Part shown: one piece after another, positions 18,941 to 26,693 of the stretch | Position numbering within the stretch: the first letter of the stretch is position 1 | Layout: every line of letters starts with the position of its first letter | Source of the DNA: Clostridia bacterium | Lineage (GTDB): Bacteria; Bacillota; Clostridia; Christensenellales; Borkfalkiaceae | Assembly: GCA_017397305.1 (NCBI GenBank) | Contig: JAFQJB010000020.1 | Span: forward strand, 832 to 64,831 | DNA length: 64,000 bases | Reading direction: 5' to 3' | Notes under the pieces: model-generated | Told to the model about the DNA's origin: nothing | The model's input: the letters and a program-made list of their open reading frames with translations, nothing else | Databases searched by the model: none | Program-made: the position numbers and the translations under genes

Positions 18941-20200
18941 TTATTTTCTAACTGCTCCGTCGCCTTTAACGTAGTACTTACTGGTCACCAGTGCGTCTAG
19001 CCCCATTGGCCCTCTTGCGTGAAGTTTTTGTGTGCTTATTCCTATTTCAGCACCAAGCCCAAACACAAACCCGTCGGTAAAACGAGTAGATGCGTTTAGA
19101 TAAACGGAAGAAGAATCGATTGCGTTCAAGAATTTTTCAGCCGACTCATTATCCTTTGTAATAATTGCTTCAGAATGGTGGGTGCTATGCTCGTTTATAT
19201 GTGCAATAGCCTCCTCAACCGAGTCGACCGTTTTTACCGAAATAATAGGCCCGCCGTATTCGGTATAAAAGTCTTCGTCAGTGGCTTCTTTTAAGTACGC
19301 ATACCCCTTTATTGCGCGGTACGAGGACTTATCGCATCTAATTTCTACTTGTTTTTGTTCAAGTTTTTCGGCTATTTTAGGAAGAACTTTATCAACGATT
19401 GCCGAGTGAATAACAAGCGACTCACACGCGTTGCAAACGCTGTAACGTTGGGTTTTTGCGTTAAATATAACTTCACTCGCCATATCTACGTCAGCAAACT
19501 TATCCACGTAAACGTGGCAATTCCCCGCCCCCGTTTCGATAATCGGTATGGTGGAATTTTCCACCGTAGCCCTTATTAACGACGCGCTACCGCGAGGTAT
19601 AATAAGGTCGACGTACTTATTAAGGCGCATAAATGCGGTGGTCGTTTCCCTACTCGTATCTTCAATCACGTTGACTGCGTTTTGGTCAACCCCACACTCT
19701 TTAAGCGCTTTTTTTAGCACGGTAACTATTGCTACGTTTGATTTTAGTGATTCCTTTCCGCCCTTTAATATAACTGCGTTAGCCGTCTTAAAACAAAGCG
19801 CAAATGCGTCTGCCGTAACGTTAGGGCGAGATTCGTATATGATACCCACCACCCCGAAAGGCACGGCTTTTTTGACAACGCTTATACCTTGCTCTTTATT
19901 TTCATACGAATAAAGTTGTTTGCCGAGCGGACTTTTTAGGCTAGACACTTGCTCTAAACCAACCGCCATGCCGTCGATAACCTTTTCGCTTAAGGTAAGT
20001 CTATCTATAAACGCGTCGGTTGCGCCGTTTGAAAGGGCAAGTTCAATATCTTTTTTATTCTCTTCAATAATATATTTAGCATTGTCACGAAGCATTTTTG
20101 CCGATAATATAAGCGTGGAATTTATCTTTTCTTCGCTGAGCAAATTCAATTCGCTCGATGCCGTTTTCGCCTTTTTACCAAGTGCGTTTAAATCAATCAT
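18941..20200 (-). CDS. proA: gamma-glutamyl phosphate reductase
   Basis: 419-aa ALDH-like protein. ESRPNV, CNACESL and LHARGPMG motifs. Confidence 0.9.
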   Translation of the reverse strand: MIDLNALGKKAKTASSELNLLSEEKINSTLILSAKMLRDNAKYIIEENKKDIELALSNGATDAFIDRLTLSEKVIDGMAVGLEQVSSLKSPLGKQLYSYENKEQGISVVKKAVPFGVVGIIYESRPNVTADAFALCFKTANAVILKGGKESLKSNVAIVTVLKKALKECGVDQNAVNVIEDTSRETTTAFMRLNKYVDLIIPRGSASLIRATVENSTIPIIETGAGNCHVYVDKFADVDMASEVIFNAKTQRYSVCNACESLVIHSAIVDKVLPKIAEKLEQKQVEIRCDKSSYRAIKGYAYLKEATDEDFYTEYGGPIISVKTVDSVEEAIAHINEHSTHHSEAIITKDNESAEKFLNAIDSSSVYLNASTRFTDGFVFGLGAEIGISTQKLHARGPMGLDALVTSKYYVKGDGAVRK

Positions 20201-20682
20201 TTTTTATCCTCTTTTTTACAAAACAATCCTTTAATCTTTCTAATTACAGCCCTTCTTAAATAAAAGCGCTTTATCTTTTTTAACCTGCGGTTTTCGTTAG
20301 AATACCACTTTGTTACTTGGTCTTTATACTTCTTAGAATTGACGTCGATATACTTTTTACCGCGATAAAACCCCGCCATCACGCCAAAAACGCTATCCTC
20401 AGCAACTTTTTCGGGGTTTATTTGGCTGTCGCCAAGCATGACGTAACCGCCGTCTACAACCTCTTTAACGCGGTGAAGAATATAACTTCCGTCCGCACGG
20501 GTATAAAAGGCAACGTCGCCCACGTTTAGCCGTCCGCTTTTACTATTTACGATTACCGATTGCTTTTTGTTCTTTAAGGTGGGCCACATACTATCCCCCC
20601 CTGGAACGAACGCAATCACACCGCTCTTATTTAGTTTGGTTTTTATATCGCTTGTGGGTTTATCCATACTAAATTTGTTCAA
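20197..20682 (-). CDS. S24/S26-family (LexA/signal-peptidase-like) serine peptidase domain protein
   Basis: GGDSMWPTL Ser motif and ILHRVKEV Lys motif. Basic C-terminal tail. Its stop overlaps the proA start (ATGA). Confidence 0.55.
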   Translation of the reverse strand: MNKFSMDKPTSDIKTKLNKSGVIAFVPGGDSMWPTLKNKKQSVIVNSKSGRLNVGDVAFYTRADGSYILHRVKEVVDGGYVMLGDSQINPEKVAEDSVFGVMAGFYRGKKYIDVNSKKYKDQVTKWYSNENRRLKKIKRFYLRRAVIRKIKGLFCKKEDKK

Positions 20683-21343
20683 ACTCCCTTATGCCAATAA
20701 CTTTATCGACGGGAAGTGAAAATACAACCCCGTGCGCCTCGGTATTTCTGCCCGCCTTATCCATAATGGCGCGCATAATATCGTCCCTACCTTTACGTGA
20801 AGAAACGATGTATACCATTTCCTTTTCTTCACTGATAGATACGCCGAAAAACTTAGCAATCTCCGCTCCCGTTCCCTTTGCTCTCATAACGGTACCACCG
20901 CCCGCACCAGCACCGCGCGCTGCGTCCATTACCAGTTCGGTATTGCCTTTATCTACTATAGTTATAATAAGCACAGACTTGCTTTCTGCCATAACTTGTT
21001 CCTCCTTTTTTTGAACGTCTCCTTCCCCAACGAAAAACTTGAGGGCAGAACTTCCAACGCCGTCTACGGGCAAAAATAACGCAATGCCGTTACCCGCCCC
21101 GTCAATCTTCATTTCCTTAATAAGCCCACAAATAACTCCGTCAATATCTTGCTCTCTAATCATTGTTTCAAACATAAGTTTTTCGGTTTTTTCAAGGCTT
21201 AGAGCATTCAGCGTAGAGTCGGTTGCCGTGCCGTTACAAAGGCTACTTATAACCCCGTGTACGTTATGTCGGTGAAAGAATTCCAAATACTGCTCGGAAA
21301 ACTCCCTCTTGGTTATAACCATCATATGTTTTAATGCCAACAT
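20669..21343 (-). CDS. tandem P-II-like signal-transduction protein
   Basis: Two P-II-like halves. The second reads VLIITIVDKGNTELVMDAARGAGAGGGTVMRAKGTG...VVFSLPVDKV. Confidence 0.5.
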   Translation of the reverse strand: MLALKHMMVITKREFSEQYLEFFHRHNVHGVISSLCNGTATDSTLNALSLEKTEKLMFETMIREQDIDGVICGLIKEMKIDGAGNGIALFLPVDGVGSSALKFFVGEGDVQKKEEQVMAESKSVLIITIVDKGNTELVMDAARGAGAGGGTVMRAKGTGAEIAKFFGVSISEEKEMVYIVSSRKGRDDIMRAIMDKAGRNTEAHGVVFSLPVDKVIGIREFEQI

Positions 21344-21355
21344 AAGCTTTCTCCC

Positions 21356-22972
21356 TTAGTCGATAATATCTTCGCTCTCGACTGCAATCGGCCCTTCGAC
21401 TTTTTTGAGTTTTGCCGATTTGATTTTGAACACAAGTCCAAGAATTTGTATGGTGATAAGCGGTGTCATTGCAACCATTGCAACGACGCCAAACCCTTCT
21501 GTAGCCACGTTCCCGCCCGTTGCCGAGCAAACGCCAAGTGCAAGCGGAAGCAAGAAGCTTGCCGTCATTGCACCCGAGGCAACCCCGCCCGAGTCAAACG
21601 CTATTGCCGTAAATATGTCGGGCACGAAAAAAGTTAATACAAGTGCTATCAAGTACCCCGGGATTAAAAAGTACATAATCGGGATATGGAGCAATATTCT
21701 TAGCATTGCAAGTCCAACGGACACTGCAACACCTATCATAAGGCTGAAGCGAAGTGCTTTTTTAGGAATTGCACCCGACGTGATTTCGTAAACTTGTTTG
21801 GTTAAAACGTGCACTGCGGGTTCTGCCGCAACAACAAAGTAACCAATTATCATACCTATCGGCACGATAAGCCACTTGTGTGCGCCCGACACGACTTGCT
21901 CGCCAAGGTAACTGCCGACTGGCAAGAAGCCAACGTTTACACCTAGTAAGAAAAGCACCAAACCAAAGTAAGTGTACAAAATACCGATTAGAATTTTAAC
22001 AAGGTCGTTTTTAGATATCTTTTGCCCAAAGAACTTAAAGATAAAGAAAAAGGCAATTATTGGTAGCAGTGCAATGCCTACTTCTTTCATATAGTGCGGG
22101 AAAGCAACTGCAAAACTATATATCATTTCACGAGAGTTGGTAAACTCTATCGGTTGGTTTTGAGTAACTACAAACGATTCGGGCTGATAAATTATGCCTA
22201 GTATCATAACGGCGATGATAGGTCCAACCGAACAAAGTGCCGTCAAACCAAAGCCGTCCGTTTCCGCAGACTTATCGCTACGCATTGAAGCGACACCAGT
22301 ACCGATTGCAATGATAAACGGAACGCTCATAGGTCCAGTGGTTACCCCGCCCGAGTCAAACGCTAGTGGAACGAAAGTTTCGGGCACGAAGAATGCCAAA
22401 GTAAATACTGCGATATAAAAGAAAATGAGCAAGTATTTAAGCTTGATTTTCAAAACTATTCTTAAAAAGGCAATTACAAGATAAACGCCAACGCCCATGC
22501 CGATTGTGAGGATAAGCACCCAATACCCAATAGTGTCCACAAGTTGAAGTGCAAGCACTTGAAGGTCAGGTTCTGAAATGGTGATTAAAACACCCACTAT
22601 AAAGCAAATGGGGATAATCAGCCACAATTTTTTAGTACCCATAACGGTTGTGCCGACGTATTCACCAATAGGCGTCATTGCCGTGTCGGCACCCAGGGTG
22701 AAAAGCCCCATTCCTACTATTACCAAAAGCGACCCGACGATAAATCCTAAGAATACACCGCTATTTATGGGTGTTATTGTAAACGATAGCACCAGCACGA
22801 TTAAGGTGATTGGTAAAACGGATGAAAAAGCTTCCTTTACTTTTTGCGAAATTATAGTTTTGTCTTCTCTAATAAAGCTCTTTCTTCTTCTCAAGGACCG
22901 CACCTTCGTTTTTCTTTTAAGTATAACAAAAATTACCCTTCTTGTCAATGACGGCAGTTTACAAAAACGCAT
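21356..22972 (-). CDS. DUF1538-family integral membrane protein (internal duplication)
   Basis: AFDSGGVTTGPMSVPF and AFDSGGVASGAMTASF repeats. ATG 22972 lacks an RBS; TTG at 22894 with GAAGGTG is a likelier start. Confidence 0.7.
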   Translation of the reverse strand: MRFCKLPSLTRRVIFVILKRKTKVRSLRRRKSFIREDKTIISQKVKEAFSSVLPITLIVLVLSFTITPINSGVFLGFIVGSLLVIVGMGLFTLGADTAMTPIGEYVGTTVMGTKKLWLIIPICFIVGVLITISEPDLQVLALQLVDTIGYWVLILTIGMGVGVYLVIAFLRIVLKIKLKYLLIFFYIAVFTLAFFVPETFVPLAFDSGGVTTGPMSVPFIIAIGTGVASMRSDKSAETDGFGLTALCSVGPIIAVMILGIIYQPESFVVTQNQPIEFTNSREMIYSFAVAFPHYMKEVGIALLPIIAFFFIFKFFGQKISKNDLVKILIGILYTYFGLVLFLLGVNVGFLPVGSYLGEQVVSGAHKWLIVPIGMIIGYFVVAAEPAVHVLTKQVYEITSGAIPKKALRFSLMIGVAVSVGLAMLRILLHIPIMYFLIPGYLIALVLTFFVPDIFTAIAFDSGGVASGAMTASFLLPLALGVCSATGGNVATEGFGVVAMVAMTPLITIQILGLVFKIKSAKLKKVEGPIAVESEDIID

Positions 22973-23083
22973 TTTGGGTTAATAATTTCGACTAAAAAAT
23001 TTGTTTTTTAAGTGCATTATAAATTTTTACATAACGTATATCCGTTTTTGGTGTTTTTATAGCATATCGTTCATATATTGCCC

Positions 23084-23112
23084 TTGACTTTTTATGAGTT
23101 TTATTATATAAT
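23084..23112 (+). promoter_or_regulatory. promoter of nrdG
   Basis: TTGACT-17 nt-TATAAT. Confidence 0.55.
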
Positions 23113-23139
23113 TGTATACAATTTTAAGGAGCAACAAAT

Positions 23140-23832
23140 ATGCATATATGCGGTCTTGAAAAAATGTCGCTTGTGGACTTTGACGGGCTTGTCGCAACGA
23201 CCATATTTACGGGTGGATGCAATTTTAGGTGCGGTTTTTGCCACAACTCCGCCCTAGTGCTTGAAAGCAACAACCTCCCCGTAATAGACGAGGAAGAGGT
23301 TTTATCATACCTACAAAAACGCAAAGGTATTATCGACGGAGTTTGCGTTTCTGGTGGGGAGCCTACCCTTCAAAAAGACTTGCCCGAATTTTTAGGTAAA
23401 CTTAAAAGTTTAGGATACAAGATTAAACTTGACACAAACGGCACCAACCCCGACCTAATAAAGCAGTTTGTCAGCGATAAACTTGTCGACTATTTTGCAA
23501 TGGATATTAAAAACGATAGGCAAAATTACGCAAAGATAATCGGGTTTAACGAGTACGATACCAAAAAGGTTGAAGAAAGTGTGGAGTTTTTTCTATCTAA
23601 AAAAGTTGATTACGAGTTTAGAACCACTTTAATTTACGAGTATCATAAGGAAAAAAACATTATTGACATTGCCGAGTGGATAGGTGGTGCAAAAAAGTAT
23701 TATTTGCAAAAATTCCGTGACGGCGAAAACTGTATAAATCAGGGTTTAACCGCGGTAGAGCAACCTTTGGCAGAAGAATACGTTAAAATTTTGACACCAA
23801 AAATTGAAAAAGTTGCCCTTCGTGGATATTAA
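23140..23832 (+). CDS. nrdG: anaerobic ribonucleoside-triphosphate reductase activating protein (radical SAM)
   Basis: GGCNFRCGFCHN cluster motif and SGGEPTLQ. Confidence 0.85.
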   Translation: MHICGLEKMSLVDFDGLVATTIFTGGCNFRCGFCHNSALVLESNNLPVIDEEEVLSYLQKRKGIIDGVCVSGGEPTLQKDLPEFLGKLKSLGYKIKLDTNGTNPDLIKQFVSDKLVDYFAMDIKNDRQNYAKIIGFNEYDTKKVEESVEFFLSKKVDYEFRTTLIYEYHKEKNIIDIAEWIGGAKKYYLQKFRDGENCINQGLTAVEQPLAEEYVKILTPKIEKVALRGY

Positions 23833-23856
23833 TAAGTAAGCTTATAGAGGTTAATC

Positions 23857-24489
23857 ATGAAAGAGATTCGTTTAGCAAAAAAGAAAGTTTTGTTTGATAA
23901 GTCACCAGTAATATTTTCTTACCAACCCAAAGAAGATTGGAAAAATTATTTTGACGTAAAGTCTGGTAACTGGTATTATGAAGACGGCGCAATTATAGGT
24001 TTTGAACCTGGCAATAAAGGCGGTATACTTTTTACCAAAGAGTTCTTTGAAAAGGACGTTATGCTTTGCTTTACAGTATCTGCTGTTCTCCCCGCAACGC
24101 GTGACCTTAACGCAGTTTGGGCTGCACGTTGGGACGACGTTACCGATTATTTAGAGTCGGGTTACGTTTGCGGACTTAACGGCTGGTGGGAAAATAAGGC
24201 TGGTATTGAAAGACACCGCGGAAACGGTTTGTACTCCACCACTTCCCTTTATAAATACACCCCCGGCACCGAGGTTAGAATGATTTGCGGTTCAATCGGT
24301 GGTCACTGCTTTATGGTCGTTGACGACGTGCTCGTTACCGAACTTATCGACCCCAACCCCATTTCCGGCGGTCACGCAGGGTTTTCAGCATACTGCACCA
24401 AGCTTCGTATCCGCGATATTGAAGTTAGGGAAATCGTTTGGGAAGACTTTAAACAAGTTTATACCCCACAATTTGATATTGAAGAATAA
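23857..24489 (+). CDS. hypothetical protein, possibly concanavalin-A-like jelly-roll (DUF1961-like)
   Basis: 210-aa ORF, RBS AGAGGT, 24 nt after nrdG. The fold guess rests on composition only. Confidence 0.45.
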   Translation: MKEIRLAKKKVLFDKSPVIFSYQPKEDWKNYFDVKSGNWYYEDGAIIGFEPGNKGGILFTKEFFEKDVMLCFTVSAVLPATRDLNAVWAARWDDVTDYLESGYVCGLNGWWENKAGIERHRGNGLYSTTSLYKYTPGTEVRMICGSIGGHCFMVVDDVLVTELIDPNPISGGHAGFSAYCTKLRIRDIEVREIVWEDFKQVYTPQFDIEE

Positions 24490-24492
24490 AGT

Positions 24493-24520
24493 AAAGACCG
24501 ACTTTATGTCGGTTTTTTAT
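24493..24520 (+). terminator. rho-independent terminator
   Basis: AAAGACCGAC-ttta-TGTCGGTTTTTT. Confidence 0.65.
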
Positions 24521-24714
24521 TTATATAATTGCTTTTTATATGTTTTTATGATAAAATAAGTCTATCAAAAAAAGGCGGTAATCTATGTTTTACAGAAGAA
24601 ATCGAACTGCAAAAACTTTATCAAGCCATATTTTCCCGCCGTGGATTTTTTAATCTTTCTATAAAAAATTATTAGGCTGATAATGGCCAAAAACAAGGAG
24701 ATTAAAAATTTCAT

Positions 24715-25716
24715 ATGATGTATTTTATATTTGCACTCGTTGCCCTTTTTTCTTGGAGTGGCTCTGACCTTTTCTCCAAAAAAGGCACGGACGAGAAAGA
24801 CCCCAACAGTCATTGGAAGGTCACTTTTGCTGTGGGACTTATAATGGGTCTTCACTTTATTATCACCTTAATCGGTGGTGCAATAATTGATGCAAACGGC
24901 AGTTTGGAAGCTTTGCCCAAGTTTGTATCTAGCCTTCTTTACACAGACTTTAAGTTAATTGATTTCGTTTACTACTTGCCCGTTGCATTCCTTTACATAT
25001 TGGCAATGGTTTTAGGTTACATTGGTTTAAGATATATTGAACTTTCAATTTCTTCACCTATTTGTAACTGTTCTGGCTCACTTGCCCTTTTGCTTTGTGC
25101 AATACTCTTCCCACTTATCGGTGCAGAACCCGTTGAATTTAATGCATATATCATAATCGGTGTTGTGGCAATCACCTTGGGCATTCTTGGTATAGGTCTT
25201 GTTGATAGCAAAGAAAATCAAGAATTAAAAGAACTTCGCAGAAAAGAATCCAACAGAAAATATACAAAAAGTTTCTTGGCTCTTCTTCTCCCTATCGCCT
25301 ACCTTATCATAGACGCACTTGGAACTGTTGGCGATGAAGTTTATTTCTTCATTTTGGGCGATAATGCAAGCGACTATGCTGCAAACTCTGCGTTTGAATT
25401 AACATTCTTCTTGCTTGCAATCTTCTCTTTCATTTGGGTAAAATTCGTAAAGAAAGACAGACTTTTTGCAAAGAAAGGCAGTGCAATCTATCTCGGTGGT
25501 GCGTGCGAAACGCTTGGTCAAATTTTCTATATGGCAGTTATGTTCTCGCCGTATGAACAATTTATACCAATCATCTCTGCATACTGCGTTGTTTCAGTGC
25601 TTTGGAGCAGAATTTTCTTGAAAGAAAAACTTTCTTGGAAACACTACTTAACTATTGCCATCACCTTCGTTGGTATTGCCCTTCTCGGTGTAAGCGAATT
25701 TATCGCAGCACTGTAA
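24715..25716 (+). CDS. EamA/DMT-superfamily transporter
   Basis: 333 aa, about 10 TM segments. N-terminus FALVALFSWSGSDLFSKKG. Confidence 0.65.
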   Translation: MMYFIFALVALFSWSGSDLFSKKGTDEKDPNSHWKVTFAVGLIMGLHFIITLIGGAIIDANGSLEALPKFVSSLLYTDFKLIDFVYYLPVAFLYILAMVLGYIGLRYIELSISSPICNCSGSLALLLCAILFPLIGAEPVEFNAYIIIGVVAITLGILGIGLVDSKENQELKELRRKESNRKYTKSFLALLLPIAYLIIDALGTVGDEVYFFILGDNASDYAANSAFELTFFLLAIFSFIWVKFVKKDRLFAKKGSAIYLGGACETLGQIFYMAVMFSPYEQFIPIISAYCVVSVLWSRIFLKEKLSWKHYLTIAITFVGIALLGVSEFIAAL

Positions 25717-25731
25717 AATCAAATAAAAATT

Positions 25732-25760
25732 AAACTCCCGAAAATTCGGGAGTTTTTTTC
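25732..25760. terminator. bidirectional terminator between convergent genes
   Basis: AAACTCCCG-aaaat-TCGGGAGTTTTTTT. Confidence 0.75.
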
Positions 25761-25775
25761 TTTTGTAATTTATGT

Positions 25776-26693
25776 TTACGCGTCTAGGCTATCTATGTAA
25801 AGGCATGCGTTGGTTGCGGCAATTCCGCCGTCAGCAACCGCCGTTACAACTTGCCTTACCGCTTTGGTACGGCAGTCCCCTGCCACGTAAAGTCCTTCTG
25901 TTTTGGTCATGCAGTTTTCGTCCGACACAATGTAACCCATTTTGTCAAGTTCAACAAACTCTTCAAATACCTTATTGTCGGGCACTTGACCAATTGCAAC
26001 GAATACTGCGGGGAGTTCGTGACGTTTAATCTCGCCGTCAGCATCTTTGTATTCGATTGCGGTAAGTTCGTCTTCACCAATAAAGTCCACTACACTAGTG
26101 TTGGGACGCCATTCGATGTTATCCTTGGATAGAAGCGCTTTAACGTGGGCTTTGTCGCCAAAGAATTTATCGAAAAGGGTATAGATATAAACCTTTTTGC
26201 AATATCCCGCAAGAAGCAACGAATATTGAAGTGCGGTATTCGCGTCGCCAATAACTGCAACTTCCCTATCTTTATAGAAAGGCCCGTCGCAAAGTGCGCA
26301 GTAATAAACGCCCTTACCCACTAAATCGTCCCTTTCGGACTTGGTGCGAAGGTGTTTATGCTTAACACCCGCAGCGATTATAACCGTCTTTGATTGATAG
26401 GTGTTATATTCGGTGTGAACGGTAAAAATCTTATCCTCACCCTTTTCAAGTTTAACAACCTTTTCAATCTCTAGGTCGGCGCCGAGGTCGGTTATTTGAT
26501 TATAAAGGTTATCGGCAAATTCTTCACCGCTGATAAGCCTTATAGACGGATAATTTTCAAGTCTTGGTGACATTGCGATTTGACCGCCAAGGCTTTCACT
26601 TTCTAATACTAAAACTTTTTTATTGTTTCTTAAAGCGTAGAGCGCGGAGGTCATTCCTGCCGCGCCTGCGCCTATAACGATAACGTCATACAT
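25776..26693 (-). CDS. thioredoxin-reductase-like flavoprotein lacking NADPH-binding motifs
   Basis: VIVIGAGAAG FAD motif and redox CALCDG. The positions of E. coli TrxB GGGNTA and HRRDGFR read GDANTA and TLFDKFF. Its ATG overlaps the nrdD stop (TAATG). Confidence 0.8.
   Translation of the reverse strand: MYDVIVIGAGAAGMTSALYALRNNKKVLVLESESLGGQIAMSPRLENYPSIRLISGEEFADNLYNQITDLGADLEIEKVVKLEKGEDKIFTVHTEYNTYQSKTVIIAAGVKHKHLRTKSERDDLVGKGVYYCALCDGPFYKDREVAVIGDANTALQYSLLLAGYCKKVYIYTLFDKFFGDKAHVKALLSKDNIEWRPNTSVVDFIGEDELTAIEYKDADGEIKRHELPAVFVAIGQVPDNKVFEEFVELDKMGYIVSDENCMTKTEGLYVAGDCRTKAVRQVVTAVADGGIAATNACLYIDSLDA

Noticed and set aside
21264-21530. 88-aa ORF bridging the P-II-like and DUF1538 genes
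   Set aside because: It is out of frame with, and overlaps, two supported genes on the same strand. It is Arg/Cys-rich junk sequence.
22973-23139. NrdR box upstream of nrdG
   Set aside because: Only weak partial matches (TCATATATTGCC) are present, with no 31-32-bp partner. This is not enough to call.
24583-24855. 90-aa minus-strand ORF overlapping the start of the DMT transporter
   Set aside because: It overlaps the better-supported plus-strand membrane protein gene and its upstream region. It has no RBS.
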